DNA of 62,160 bases from a virus (lineage: Duplodnaviria > Caudoviricetes). The position numbers were made by a program, and so were the translations under genes. Below, piece by piece: positions 27,767 through 37,354 of this stretch. The DNA lies in the IMG/VR virus record IMGVR_UViG_3300020129_000334, positions 1 to 62,160 of that record. One strand, given 5' to 3'. The notes under the pieces are model-generated. The model made no database searches and was not told the origin of the DNA. It saw only the letters and a list, made by a program, of their open reading frames with translations. Numbering within the stretch: position 1 is the first letter of the stretch; every line of letters starts with the position of its first letter.

Positions 27767-30091
27767 ATGCCGAATATGCCCACGGGTAACATGAACGGTC
27801 CGGGCGGTGGCTCGGGGCTCATGGGGGGGCTCTCCGACTTCTTCGGAACGAGCAACAAGTACCAGGCCACGCCCTACCAGACGAATCAAAGCAACTTCAA
27901 CCTGTCGGGCGGCGTGTCCAACTCGGACATGAATGCGTCGCGCCTGGGGTATGCGGGCAATGCCGCTGCCGACCGCGCGAACCAGCTCGGAGCTCGAGGC
28001 CAACAGCAGGACTATCTGAGCCAGCTTCAGAACGCCTACGCCGGCAATGGTCCTTCGCAGGCCGCGGGCATCATGCAGCAAGCCGGCAATCAGGCCGCCG
28101 CGCAGTCGATGAGCCTCGCTCGCTCCATGAACGCTGCGAATCCCGCCCAGCAGGCCGCCGCAATGCGAGCCGCGCAGATGCAGGGGGCGCAGGCGATCAC
28201 GGCAGGGGGCGCGCAGGCGGCGCAGATCAAGGCCCAAGAGCAGCAGAACGCGCTCGCTCAGATGGGCGGCACGCTCCAGGGAATGCGCGGGGCGGACCTT
28301 CAGAGCCAGGGGATGGGCCAGGGCATGGAGGGGACGTACCTCGGTGCGCAACAGCAGGCGGCCGCTACGCAGCTCGGGGCGAACATCCAACACGAGCAGA
28401 TCAACAGCGGCAACTACAACGCGGCGCAGGGGATCAATGCGGGCGTCGCCGGCCAGAACGCGCAGTCGAACGCGGCGATGCTCTCTGGCGTGGCGGAAGG
28501 CGCCGGCAAGGGTCTAGCGGCGATGAGCGACAAGCGCGCAAAGACCGATGTGGCCCCGGCGGGCGGCAGGGAGAACGAGGACGCCAAGCAGTCGCAGATG
28601 GACGAGGACCCCTCCGAGAAGGGCGTGGCAGGCATCTTCACGGGCTTTGGCCGGGCTCTTCGTGGCGGCAAGGCTCCTCAATCGACCAAGCAGCCGGAGC
28701 CGAAGCAGTCGGGCGGATTCAACCCTACGCTGGCGAAGGCGCTTGGCGAAGAGCGCTTCCGTGACACGCGGCCGATGATGCACCCTCCGCAGCCTACGGC
28801 GGACCAGGCCATTGCCGCGAGCGCTGGCGCCCCTGTCGCTTCCCAAGGCGGGCCTATGCCGATTAGCGCCGTCATGGGTGGCCCAGGTGGTAACGCCAAC
28901 TTCTTCGGAGTGCAGCAGGGCGAGCCCGCGATGCAGCGGCCCGTGAGCAACCCCAACTTTGCTGTTGCTACGCCCGGCGCCCCCTCGCCCGATCAGCTTG
29001 CGGCATCGCAGGCCTATTTGAGCCAAGCCTATGCAGCGGCCCCCCGCCCGGCTCCGTTTGCTGCTGGCGCCTATGGTCCTTATTCCGATCTCAACGTGCC
29101 GAGCGGCATCAATCTCAAGACGGACATCACGAGCGATGCGCAGGCCAAGCAAGACGCTTTCGAGGCGGGCGTGGTGCATGGGCAGAACGGGCGGGTCCTG
29201 TTCGACGCCACGAAGCCCTACCACCCCCTGCTGAATGCTTACGTCCCGACGAACGAGTACATCGGCCCGGGTGGTGCGGGTCTCGCGGCCTTCCAGGATC
29301 GCAATGGGAAGCTCGTCAAAGAGAAGGCGCTGGATCTCTCCGGCAAGGCACCGGTTCATTCGATCGTCCCCATCGAGCACCCCCGCGACCGCCTCATGCC
29401 GCCCGGTTATCAGCCTTCAGTCGGGGCCGAGCGCCAGGCCATTGAGGACTCCATGCGAGCCCAGGGAGGGACGCCGGAGCAGCCGATGATTGAGCTGGAC
29501 GACTACCCGACCATGACGCCGGAATACATGCTTCCCGGCCGGCCTGGAAAGATCGTCAAGTTCAAGGAGCAGCCGAAGACGTACGACTCCGATACTCATG
29601 CTGTCGAGCCGATGCCGATGCCGGATGAAGAGTCTTATTACCAGCGTCCGGTCGGTGCGAGTCTTCCGCGGCCGTATCCCCCAATGCAGGCCGAGGGAAC
29701 ATTGAGCGCAATGGCCGATGGTGCACTGCGTGGCGCGACGGGAGGCATGGTGCCGTCCGATGAGCGGATGAAGGGCGGGATCGCGTCGCATGCGGTGAGT
29801 GAGGGAACGAAGAGCGGCCAGCGGACCGAGGCCGACATGTTCCTCGAGCATCTCCGCCCGTACACCTACCGCTACAAGGACCCGAGCAATGAGCCCTCGA
29901 GTCAGCCCACGGGCGGCCGCTACCTCGGAGTGATGGCGCAGGACGTAGAGCAGTCGCCGACGGGCCCGCAGATCGTCAAGGACACGCCGCGCGGGAAGAT
30001 CCTTGAAGGCGGCGCGCTCATGTCGGCACTCGCGGGCGGCGTCGGTCGGCTTCACCAGCGACTGAGCGCTCTCGAATCGCGGAGGGGCTAA
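27767..30091 (+). CDS. Ejection/internal virion protein with C-terminal peptidase S74 (intramolecular chaperone) domain
   Basis: Gln/Ala/Gly-rich N-terminus; SDERMK...LRPYTYRYK...GVMAQDVE...LHQRLSALE. Confidence 0.75.
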   Translation: MPNMPTGNMNGPGGGSGLMGGLSDFFGTSNKYQATPYQTNQSNFNLSGGVSNSDMNASRLGYAGNAAADRANQLGARGQQQDYLSQLQNAYAGNGPSQAAGIMQQAGNQAAAQSMSLARSMNAANPAQQAAAMRAAQMQGAQAITAGGAQAAQIKAQEQQNALAQMGGTLQGMRGADLQSQGMGQGMEGTYLGAQQQAAATQLGANIQHEQINSGNYNAAQGINAGVAGQNAQSNAAMLSGVAEGAGKGLAAMSDKRAKTDVAPAGGRENEDAKQSQMDEDPSEKGVAGIFTGFGRALRGGKAPQSTKQPEPKQSGGFNPTLAKALGEERFRDTRPMMHPPQPTADQAIAASAGAPVASQGGPMPISAVMGGPGGNANFFGVQQGEPAMQRPVSNPNFAVATPGAPSPDQLAASQAYLSQAYAAAPRPAPFAAGAYGPYSDLNVPSGINLKTDITSDAQAKQDAFEAGVVHGQNGRVLFDATKPYHPLLNAYVPTNEYIGPGGAGLAAFQDRNGKLVKEKALDLSGKAPVHSIVPIEHPRDRLMPPGYQPSVGAERQAIEDSMRAQGGTPEQPMIELDDYPTMTPEYMLPGRPGKIVKFKEQPKTYDSDTHAVEPMPMPDEESYYQRPVGASLPRPYPPMQAEGTLSAMADGALRGATGGMVPSDERMKGGIASHAVSEGTKSGQRTEADMFLEHLRPYTYRYKDPSNEPSSQPTGGRYLGVMAQDVEQSPTGPQIVKDTPRGKILEGGALMSALAGGVGRLHQRLSALESRRG

Positions 30092-32184
30092 TGCCGCTTG
30101 TCGGGCGCAAAGAGGAAGACGACTTCACCGCTCAACTGGCCCGCCTCTATGGGCCGCTGGCGACTGAAGTAACGATGACTGCCACGCCGCCGATGCCTGA
30201 GCCGCCGGGAATGCCGCGGACCATGCGCGATAACGTGATGGCGATCGATCCGCTGCTCACGGGCCCGCGACCGGTAGAAATGCGCGAAGTCGTCCCTTAT
30301 GCCGGCTCGGCGCTCGGTGGGGGCTCGGGCACTGGGCAGCTTGGGCGGAGTGCGGGGGCTCGCCTAGTGCAGAATGCCGATGTTGCGCCCCCGATGCCTG
30401 CTCCGCCGGAGATGCCGCATTCGGTTCAAGAGAACGTCGTAGCGATCGACCCCCTGCTTGAGGGACCGAAGCCAGTTGCGATGCAGAACGACGTCTATCC
30501 GACAACGACAGGCGTGATCTCGACGGGCCATGTCCCTAATTCCGGTTTTCAGCGGCCGTCGTCCGAAGCAACGCCAGGTCACTGGGAAGTCGTGCATCGC
30601 GGCGGTGGGCTCGCTGGCAAGGCCCACGATGAGAACGTTTGGGTGCCCGGTACTGAGGCCAACGACGTGGGGGCCTTCCCGGACACTCATCTGGCCGGTT
30701 ACAAGGCGCCGGAGGGTAATCACGAGCCTAGCTTTATGCAGAAGCTCATCGGGGCCATTACCGGCGACCCCACGATTCACCCGATCGGCGAGCCGAAGAA
30801 GAAGGAAGAGCCCTTCGGTCCCCCTCCTCCGCCCAAGTTCACGGCCCATCCGGAAGCCAAGAAGCCCGCTGTTGCGGCGACCGGTGGCGGTGGCTCGGCC
30901 AGTGCAAAGCTCGCGGTCTCCGGAAATGCTGGTCCGGGTGGGCCCGACTGGGATTCGCCTTACTACACGGGGCTCGCTGGGCTGAATGCCAAGGCCATGG
31001 CGGAAGAGGCCGAGCAGCAGGCCATCAACGAAGGTCAAGGCAACAAGGCGGCTCTCCTCGCCCTGCAGCAAGCGGAAATGGAGCGTGTAGCCAAGGACCG
31101 CGATGACATTCTCGCTCGCCATGAAGCCGAGATCGATCGCATGGCGAAGGAGGCTGCCGCGGGGAAGATCGACACGGATCGGTGGTGGAAGAATCAGTCC
31201 ACGCCTCAGCGGATCATGTACGGCCTTGCGGCGGCGCTCTCTGGCTTTGGTGCTGGGCTGAAGGGTCAAGTCGATAACTCGATCCTCGACATGATCCAGC
31301 ACAGCATCGATCAGGACATCAACGCCCAGAAGGAAGACATCCTCAACCAGCATAAGGGGGTCGAGCACGCGCAGGGGCTTCTCGCGGATCTGTATCACCG
31401 CTTCGGTCGACTCGACATGGCTGAGAATGCCGCGCGTCAGGTCGCGATCGAGGAAATCGAAGCGAAGATGAAGCAGCTTGTCACCGGCGCAAAGAGCGAT
31501 CAGGCCAAGGCAAACGCGCTGATTGTCTCCGGCGATCTGGACGAGAAGCGCCAGGAGCACATCTATGCGCAATGGGCTCTCGCTACGAAGCTCGCGGCTC
31601 AGATGGCCATGCGTCGGATGAAAGGGGCGGGCGGAGTCAACTCGAAGGCCGTCGAGAAATTCGGCGCAGCAGTGCAGCGGCTCAAGCTCGGCGCCCGCGG
31701 GGAAGCGATTGGGAACGTCGATCGCGACCTGAAGCAAGGCGGCGCTCCGGGCGCTACGGGTCTCTCTGGCTGGGCGGCTGGCCAGAAGTGGATTCCTGAC
31801 TTCCTCCTCAAGGATGAATGGATTCGCAACCGCGCCGATGCCGACGTCGCTAAGAATCAGGCGGTCTCTGGGCTCGGTGGCCGCGTCAGCAAGTCGACGG
31901 TGGAGCTGGCAGCCAAGCAGTACGGCCGAGGGAGCGAGGAGGGGCTCCGTCATGGCAATGAGTTGGCGCGCAGGGCCCTCGAGAAGGATTGGAACAGCCT
32001 CGTCGCGCAATTCGGCCCGCAGGTCGCCATGGCCTATCTGCAGAATGACCCAGAGAATCTGGCCGAGCTTCTGGGGATGGACCTGGGCGTAGGCGGCACT
32101 TCGGGTGGCGGCGGGACCGGAGGCGGTGGTGGGGGAACCGAAGAGGACGATCTGGTCCACGGCTATGACGAAGAGGAGAAGTAG
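30091..32184 (+). CDS. Putative ejection protein 2
   Basis: Position; helical; KIDTDRWW...GLAAALSGFGAGL...IDQDINAQK. Confidence 0.6.
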   Translation: MPLVGRKEEDDFTAQLARLYGPLATEVTMTATPPMPEPPGMPRTMRDNVMAIDPLLTGPRPVEMREVVPYAGSALGGGSGTGQLGRSAGARLVQNADVAPPMPAPPEMPHSVQENVVAIDPLLEGPKPVAMQNDVYPTTTGVISTGHVPNSGFQRPSSEATPGHWEVVHRGGGLAGKAHDENVWVPGTEANDVGAFPDTHLAGYKAPEGNHEPSFMQKLIGAITGDPTIHPIGEPKKKEEPFGPPPPPKFTAHPEAKKPAVAATGGGGSASAKLAVSGNAGPGGPDWDSPYYTGLAGLNAKAMAEEAEQQAINEGQGNKAALLALQQAEMERVAKDRDDILARHEAEIDRMAKEAAAGKIDTDRWWKNQSTPQRIMYGLAAALSGFGAGLKGQVDNSILDMIQHSIDQDINAQKEDILNQHKGVEHAQGLLADLYHRFGRLDMAENAARQVAIEEIEAKMKQLVTGAKSDQAKANALIVSGDLDEKRQEHIYAQWALATKLAAQMAMRRMKGAGGVNSKAVEKFGAAVQRLKLGARGEAIGNVDRDLKQGGAPGATGLSGWAAGQKWIPDFLLKDEWIRNRADADVAKNQAVSGLGGRVSKSTVELAAKQYGRGSEEGLRHGNELARRALEKDWNSLVAQFGPQVAMAYLQNDPENLAELLGMDLGVGGTSGGGGTGGGGGGTEEDDLVHGYDEEEK

Positions 32185-32190
32185 CGCCCC

Positions 32191-34989
32191 GTGAAGATGT
32201 TTGACCGCCAAGGTGCGGTTCACGACGTTCCGGACGATCAGGCGCAGGAGGCATTTCAAAGCGGAGATTTCGGATTCGCCCCTGACGCGAAGATCCCTGT
32301 CATCACCCGCTCGGGCAAAACGGGGACGATCGACGCCACCAATGCCGATGCCGTCTTCGGTCGTGGCGGCCGCATGCTCTTGCCGGAGGAGGCGCACGAA
32401 GCCGAGATTCAGGCCAAGTACGGCACCGGCGGAGGGATGGCAGCGGCGGCGGGTGAAAGCTTCGCTCGAGGCCTTACCGGCGATCTTTCCGACCCCCTCG
32501 CCATCGGCACCGCGCGGCTACTCATGGGGGACGAGGCCGCAGAAGCCACCCGCGAGCATCTTGCTGGGGAGAAGGAAGCCAATCCCTGGACCTCGACGCT
32601 CGGGGAGATGGCGGGCATGGCGGCCCCGCTGCTCGTTCCCGGCGGTGCGGCAGTCGAGGGGGCGGGCGCGGTCGCTCGAGGCGCTGAGGGCGCAGGGGCT
32701 CTCGCCGCAGGAGCGGAAGGTCTCGAGGCGGCGAACGCGCTAGCGAAGGGTGCAGAAGGCGCGCAGGCCCTGACGTCGCCATCGGCCTTCGGCGCTGCAG
32801 CTCAACGACTCGGCCAGGGTGTTCGTGCGGCTGGCATCGTCCCGCGCGCAAACGTGGCCATGGGCGAGCTGGCCGGCAGGGCGATCTCCAAGATCGTTGG
32901 CAAGGAAGCGTCGAGCGCGGCGGGGCGCATTACTCAGAAGATCGCCATCAAGGCCGGCGAGGCGGGCGTGGAGACCGCGCTCTTCAGTGCCGAGCAAGAG
33001 ATGGACGAGGAGGTGCTGGGGAATCACGACCTCAACGCCGAAAAGATCCTTCAGGCGGCAGGCCATGGCGCGCTCCTCGGTGGCGGTACGCTCGGTGTGC
33101 TCACGGCGGCAGGTGGGCTCGCGCGCGAGGTGGCCGGCAAAACAGCCCCGATGCTCGAGAAGCTCGCTGGCTATCAGATGTGGAAAGCCGCTGCTCCAAA
33201 GCTCAAGTACAGCAAGGAAGCGATCAAGCGAGCGGGCGGCGTCGCGGAGGTGGGCAAGGCCGCGCTCGAGGAAGGCATCCGCGGCTCGACGATCGCCGAC
33301 CTTGCGGAGCAGACCGAGGCCGCCGTCGCCAAGCGCGCCAGTGAGCTGAAGGCGCAATACGCGAACGCTCCCGGCTCCGTGACGGTGAAGGAAGTTGAAG
33401 ATGAGCTCAACGCCATCATCGACCCGCTTCGCAAGCAACCGCTCTACGAAAAGATCGTCAAGGGGCTCGACCAGGCGAAGGAGCAAATCATCGGCGGGCT
33501 CAGTCCCGAAATCTCCGATGCTGTAGCCGCAGTACATACGCCCAAGGTCGGCCCCGTCACGCGCGAAGAGCTGGAGGCCCTCGCCAAGGAGCACGGCGGA
33601 GGGGGACGGGGAAGCCGATTCGAGAAGCTCTATGACCCCGGTGAGGCGGGCCAGGCGCTGCGGGAGAAGCTCGGAATCAAGCTCAATCTCCACACGCTGC
33701 AAATGGAATGGGCGCAGGGGGTCAAGCCCTCGCTCGAGACCATCACGAAGGCGGCCGAAGAAGCGCGCATCCCCGTTTCGAAGCTGATCGACGTCCGCCA
33801 GGCCCTCGGAGACATCGCCTACAAGGAAGCGCGCGCCCTCGACCCCAACATGCGCGTGGAGCAGCTCCGCAAGATGTACGGCCGGCTGTCTGAGCTGGAA
33901 TACAAGGCCATGGACCGGGCGGAGATCGCGATGGGACGGGGGCCGATGAAGGCGGAGCTGCAGGCCCTCCGCAAGCGCTACCAGCGGCTCGCCATCTTCA
34001 AGGACGCGCTCACCGACTCCATGGCGAAGGTGGGGACCAACCGGATCGTCTCGGCCAGTGATTACGTGATGGCGGCAGGGGCTCTCGCGACGGGCCATCC
34101 CATCGGCGCGGCACTAACGGCACTCGGGCACAAGGTCCTTCGTGAGCGCGGGAGTGCATGGTCCGCCCAGGTGCTTCACCGCATCGCTGCCTATGGAGCC
34201 ATTGAGCGCGCGACGGCCTCGGTGGACCGGCAGATTGAGCGTGGCATCGCGGGCTTCTTCTCTCCCGGCGAGCGTGCGGCGGTTCGCGTGCGTCGTGCGG
34301 CGCGAGCTGCTGGAAGTCTCGAGGCGGCCAAATCGCTGAAGGAGCGAGACAAGGATTACCAGGAGCGCGTCGATCGCGTGGCTCGCGCAACGGCCTATGC
34401 CGACGCTCATGCGGATCAGGCGTCGCGGGTCGCCGACAGCATTCGCCAGCACACCCCCCGCACCGCCCAGTCGCTGGAATCGAGCATTCTCCGCGTGACG
34501 TCCCAGCTCGCGAAGACGATCCCCAACGGCCACGTGCCTATGGACTCACTCACGCCCCACCTCGAGAAGCCGCGGGTGAGCGAGGCGGACAAGGCCAAGT
34601 TTCGCCGCGCGGATGACATGGCGAACGACCCTATCGGAACGACCTTCTCGCGAATGACCAAGGGACAGCTCACGCGCACCGATGTCGAAAACCTGCGCAA
34701 CTTCTACCCGCAGACCTATGCGCAGATTACGGATATGGCGCTTCAGGCTCTTGGTAGCCAAACGAAGAAGCTCGATTTCAACCAGCGTATGCAGCTCGGG
34801 ATTCTGCTCGACCTCCCCGCAGATAAGGCTCTCGGGCCGCTGTTGCTGCCGACGCTTCAGCAGACCTTTGGTCCCCCCGCACCGGAGGACGAGCCGAAGG
34901 ACCGCGGCACTCCCCCGCGACGCGAACTGAAGGACATGGCGAAGGCCGTCAACCTGAATTCGGGATTGAACGACCTCAGCGCCGACTAG
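32191..34989 (+). CDS. Putative large ejection protein 3
   Basis: 932 aa, Ala/Gly-rich helical; ARGLTGDLSD...EANPWTSTLGEMAG. Confidence 0.6.
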   Translation: MKMFDRQGAVHDVPDDQAQEAFQSGDFGFAPDAKIPVITRSGKTGTIDATNADAVFGRGGRMLLPEEAHEAEIQAKYGTGGGMAAAAGESFARGLTGDLSDPLAIGTARLLMGDEAAEATREHLAGEKEANPWTSTLGEMAGMAAPLLVPGGAAVEGAGAVARGAEGAGALAAGAEGLEAANALAKGAEGAQALTSPSAFGAAAQRLGQGVRAAGIVPRANVAMGELAGRAISKIVGKEASSAAGRITQKIAIKAGEAGVETALFSAEQEMDEEVLGNHDLNAEKILQAAGHGALLGGGTLGVLTAAGGLAREVAGKTAPMLEKLAGYQMWKAAAPKLKYSKEAIKRAGGVAEVGKAALEEGIRGSTIADLAEQTEAAVAKRASELKAQYANAPGSVTVKEVEDELNAIIDPLRKQPLYEKIVKGLDQAKEQIIGGLSPEISDAVAAVHTPKVGPVTREELEALAKEHGGGGRGSRFEKLYDPGEAGQALREKLGIKLNLHTLQMEWAQGVKPSLETITKAAEEARIPVSKLIDVRQALGDIAYKEARALDPNMRVEQLRKMYGRLSELEYKAMDRAEIAMGRGPMKAELQALRKRYQRLAIFKDALTDSMAKVGTNRIVSASDYVMAAGALATGHPIGAALTALGHKVLRERGSAWSAQVLHRIAAYGAIERATASVDRQIERGIAGFFSPGERAAVRVRRAARAAGSLEAAKSLKERDKDYQERVDRVARATAYADAHADQASRVADSIRQHTPRTAQSLESSILRVTSQLAKTIPNGHVPMDSLTPHLEKPRVSEADKAKFRRADDMANDPIGTTFSRMTKGQLTRTDVENLRNFYPQTYAQITDMALQALGSQTKKLDFNQRMQLGILLDLPADKALGPLLLPTLQQTFGPPAPEDEPKDRGTPPRRELKDMAKAVNLNSGLNDLSAD

Positions 34990-35063
34990 CGACCGTTTCT
35001 CATCACTCACCGTGAATACCTCGGCTCCCTCGTTGGAGGACCGGGGCGGAGGTGCTTTGTCTC

Positions 35064-35564
35064 ATGGGTCAGTCTGAAGCTACACGCCAAAGCGATTGGC
35101 TGCTCCCCGCAGTCGTCGACGGAACCGGCAACCCCAACTGCATCGCTGTCGCCGTTTCGACGGGGGCCGCTGCACTCGACCTGACGTCTCTTCCCGTTCC
35201 CGCGGGCGTCTACGACTCGCACGTTGCGGCGGCGACTCCGAACCCGATCGGCCGTTACGTCAACTTCCAGGCGCAGGGTGGCGACGTCTTCCTGATCTTC
35301 GGGCCCACCTTTGCGAGCGTCACGGGCGGTTCGAACGCTCCCGCTGCCGGCACCGTCAACACGGTCAATGGCACGACGGGCGTGGTCACGATGGCCAAGA
35401 AGGTTTGCATCTGGGTCCCGCAAGGCCAGACGCTCGGATGCAAGCTCCCCGTCGGTAACGAGTCGACGCCGAACCAGTACGGGACCGCATCGCCCTGCCG
35501 CTTCGTCGCCTATGTGACGTCCACTGGGAGCGCGACCCTGCGCATTTGGCAGAGCAGCCCGTGA
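35064..35564 (+). CDS. Tail-region structural protein
   Basis: GGAGG RBS; beta-rich. Confidence 0.65.
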   Translation: MGQSEATRQSDWLLPAVVDGTGNPNCIAVAVSTGAAALDLTSLPVPAGVYDSHVAAATPNPIGRYVNFQAQGGDVFLIFGPTFASVTGGSNAPAAGTVNTVNGTTGVVTMAKKVCIWVPQGQTLGCKLPVGNESTPNQYGTASPCRFVAYVTSTGSATLRIWQSSP

Positions 35565-36238
35565 GCCGGCGTCAAATCCTCACTGGCGGCAGCTCCGGGG
35601 GCGTGACTCCTCCGTTCTCGCCGACGATCTCGCTGTCATCTGGCGGCACGGGTCCGTTCCATGTCGGCGATAGCTGGACTCCGAAATTCACGACCAATCC
35701 GTTGCAGAACGCGAGCGGCGTAACGGTCTTTCAGCTCGTCGACAACCTCAGCAACACGTCCAATCCGACCGGGGCCGGCCCTTACGATGCTCCCATCCTC
35801 GGTGGCACGTACACGATCGCTGCGCCCAGTACGGTCTCCGTTCACGCGCACATCACGCAGAACGCCCAGACGGCCAACACGGGCAACATCAGCGCGACCT
35901 TCGGCAATGACATCTGGGTCGGCGTCGGAACGGCGGGTGCTACCGGGCTCAATGGCACCACGGGGGCACTCGTTGGCGCTACAGGCACGCTCACCGGAAC
36001 GCTCAGCACGACGGGCATTCAGAGCTTCAGCCCGACCCCGACGAATCAAAAGGTCTACTACGCGAGCGATCAATTCTACGGCACGCGGTCGTTCAAGGAC
36101 GCCAGCGGCTTCACGTTCTCCATGAACGCGCCGACGTCGATCACCGTGACCAATGCCTCGGGACAGGCTCGCTCTTATTACCTCTACGAATCTGCCCAGC
36201 TCCTCGATTCGGTAGCCAATCCGATCACCGTGACGTGA
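35561..36238 (+). CDS. Tail-region structural protein
   Basis: GTGA overlap; Thr/Gly/Ser rich. Confidence 0.7.
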   Translation: MSRRQILTGGSSGGVTPPFSPTISLSSGGTGPFHVGDSWTPKFTTNPLQNASGVTVFQLVDNLSNTSNPTGAGPYDAPILGGTYTIAAPSTVSVHAHITQNAQTANTGNISATFGNDIWVGVGTAGATGLNGTTGALVGATGTLTGTLSTTGIQSFSPTPTNQKVYYASDQFYGTRSFKDASGFTFSMNAPTSITVTNASGQARSYYLYESAQLLDSVANPITVT

Positions 36239-36245
36239 GGTTGCA

Positions 36246-37340
36246 ATGACAATTCCCGTTTCCGACACCCTGATTCCGGGCGGGTCGGCCTTCGGAGTCA
36301 TTCGCGACTTCGATCAGGTCGGCGGCTACGCAGCGATGACGAACGAGGCGGCCATTGGCGCGCTGGCCAGCGGAAAGCTCGTTATCAATGGCACGTGGCG
36401 CAAGTCCCTCTCGAGCGGCGTTACGTACCTCTACACGTCCTCCACACCGGCGGGCGGTTTTGCGAACGGCACGTGGACTCCCGTCGCGACTTCGACGTCG
36501 AGCGGAAGCTGGAGCCCTGGTGCCAAGACGGTCACGACGGCGAACGACACGCTGTCTGGGCTCGCGGCGCGCAACGGCTACACCCCCGTAGCAGGCGATC
36601 GCATTCTGGTCGTGGCGCAGACGACGGACAACCAGAACGGGATCTACGCCGCAGCTTCGGGCGGATGGTCGCGAACGAGCGATGCAACGAACACCAGCGA
36701 CTTCGTGCTCGGCAAGACGATCGACGTCACGGCGGGCACCAGCGCAGGAGCCATCTATCTGCTCACGCAGGCGCCTGCGACCGTCGGCACAGACCCGATC
36801 AACTTCGTCGTCAACAATCAGGGCGCAGTCGTCAACTGGGGCGTGCCTGGGGCGCTCGGGGCGACGACTCCGAACACGGTCAAGACGACGGCGCTCACGA
36901 ACACGACCGGCACCGTCAGCAGCACAACGTCGGATGCGGTCAACAGCTTCGATGAGCAGCGCGGGGCCTGGGTCGCACTCTCGAGCGATTCGTCCACCAC
37001 CGTCTTCACGCTCCCCAATTCGATCGCGAGCGGTGCAACGGCCACCATCACGGCCGAAATCTGGATCACCAAGGATGCCGCAAGCGACTTCGGGATCTGG
37101 CGGCGGACCGTCTTCATTCGCAACAACGGCGGCACGCTCCAGAACTACAGCCTCGGCAGCAATACGAACGACGTAGACATCAGCCCCACGAACAATCTTT
37201 CGTCTGCGGTGAGCACGGCTACGTCGAAGATCGATTACTCGACCAATCCGCCCACCATCAAAGTGACCCGGCCGGCGGGCGTCGCCTGCCATGCGCGGTG
37301 CGAAGTCGTCGATGTGCCGCGGGGTACCTCGGGCGTCTGA
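36246..37340 (+). CDS. Tail fibre-like protein
   Basis: AGDRILVVAQT...QNGIYAAASGGWSRTSDA motif seen in phage fibre/structural proteins. Confidence 0.7.
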   Translation: MTIPVSDTLIPGGSAFGVIRDFDQVGGYAAMTNEAAIGALASGKLVINGTWRKSLSSGVTYLYTSSTPAGGFANGTWTPVATSTSSGSWSPGAKTVTTANDTLSGLAARNGYTPVAGDRILVVAQTTDNQNGIYAAASGGWSRTSDATNTSDFVLGKTIDVTAGTSAGAIYLLTQAPATVGTDPINFVVNNQGAVVNWGVPGALGATTPNTVKTTALTNTTGTVSSTTSDAVNSFDEQRGAWVALSSDSSTTVFTLPNSIASGATATITAEIWITKDAASDFGIWRRTVFIRNNGGTLQNYSLGSNTNDVDISPTNNLSSAVSTATSKIDYSTNPPTIKVTRPAGVACHARCEVVDVPRGTSGV

Positions 37341-37354
37341 GGGGAGTCACAACA

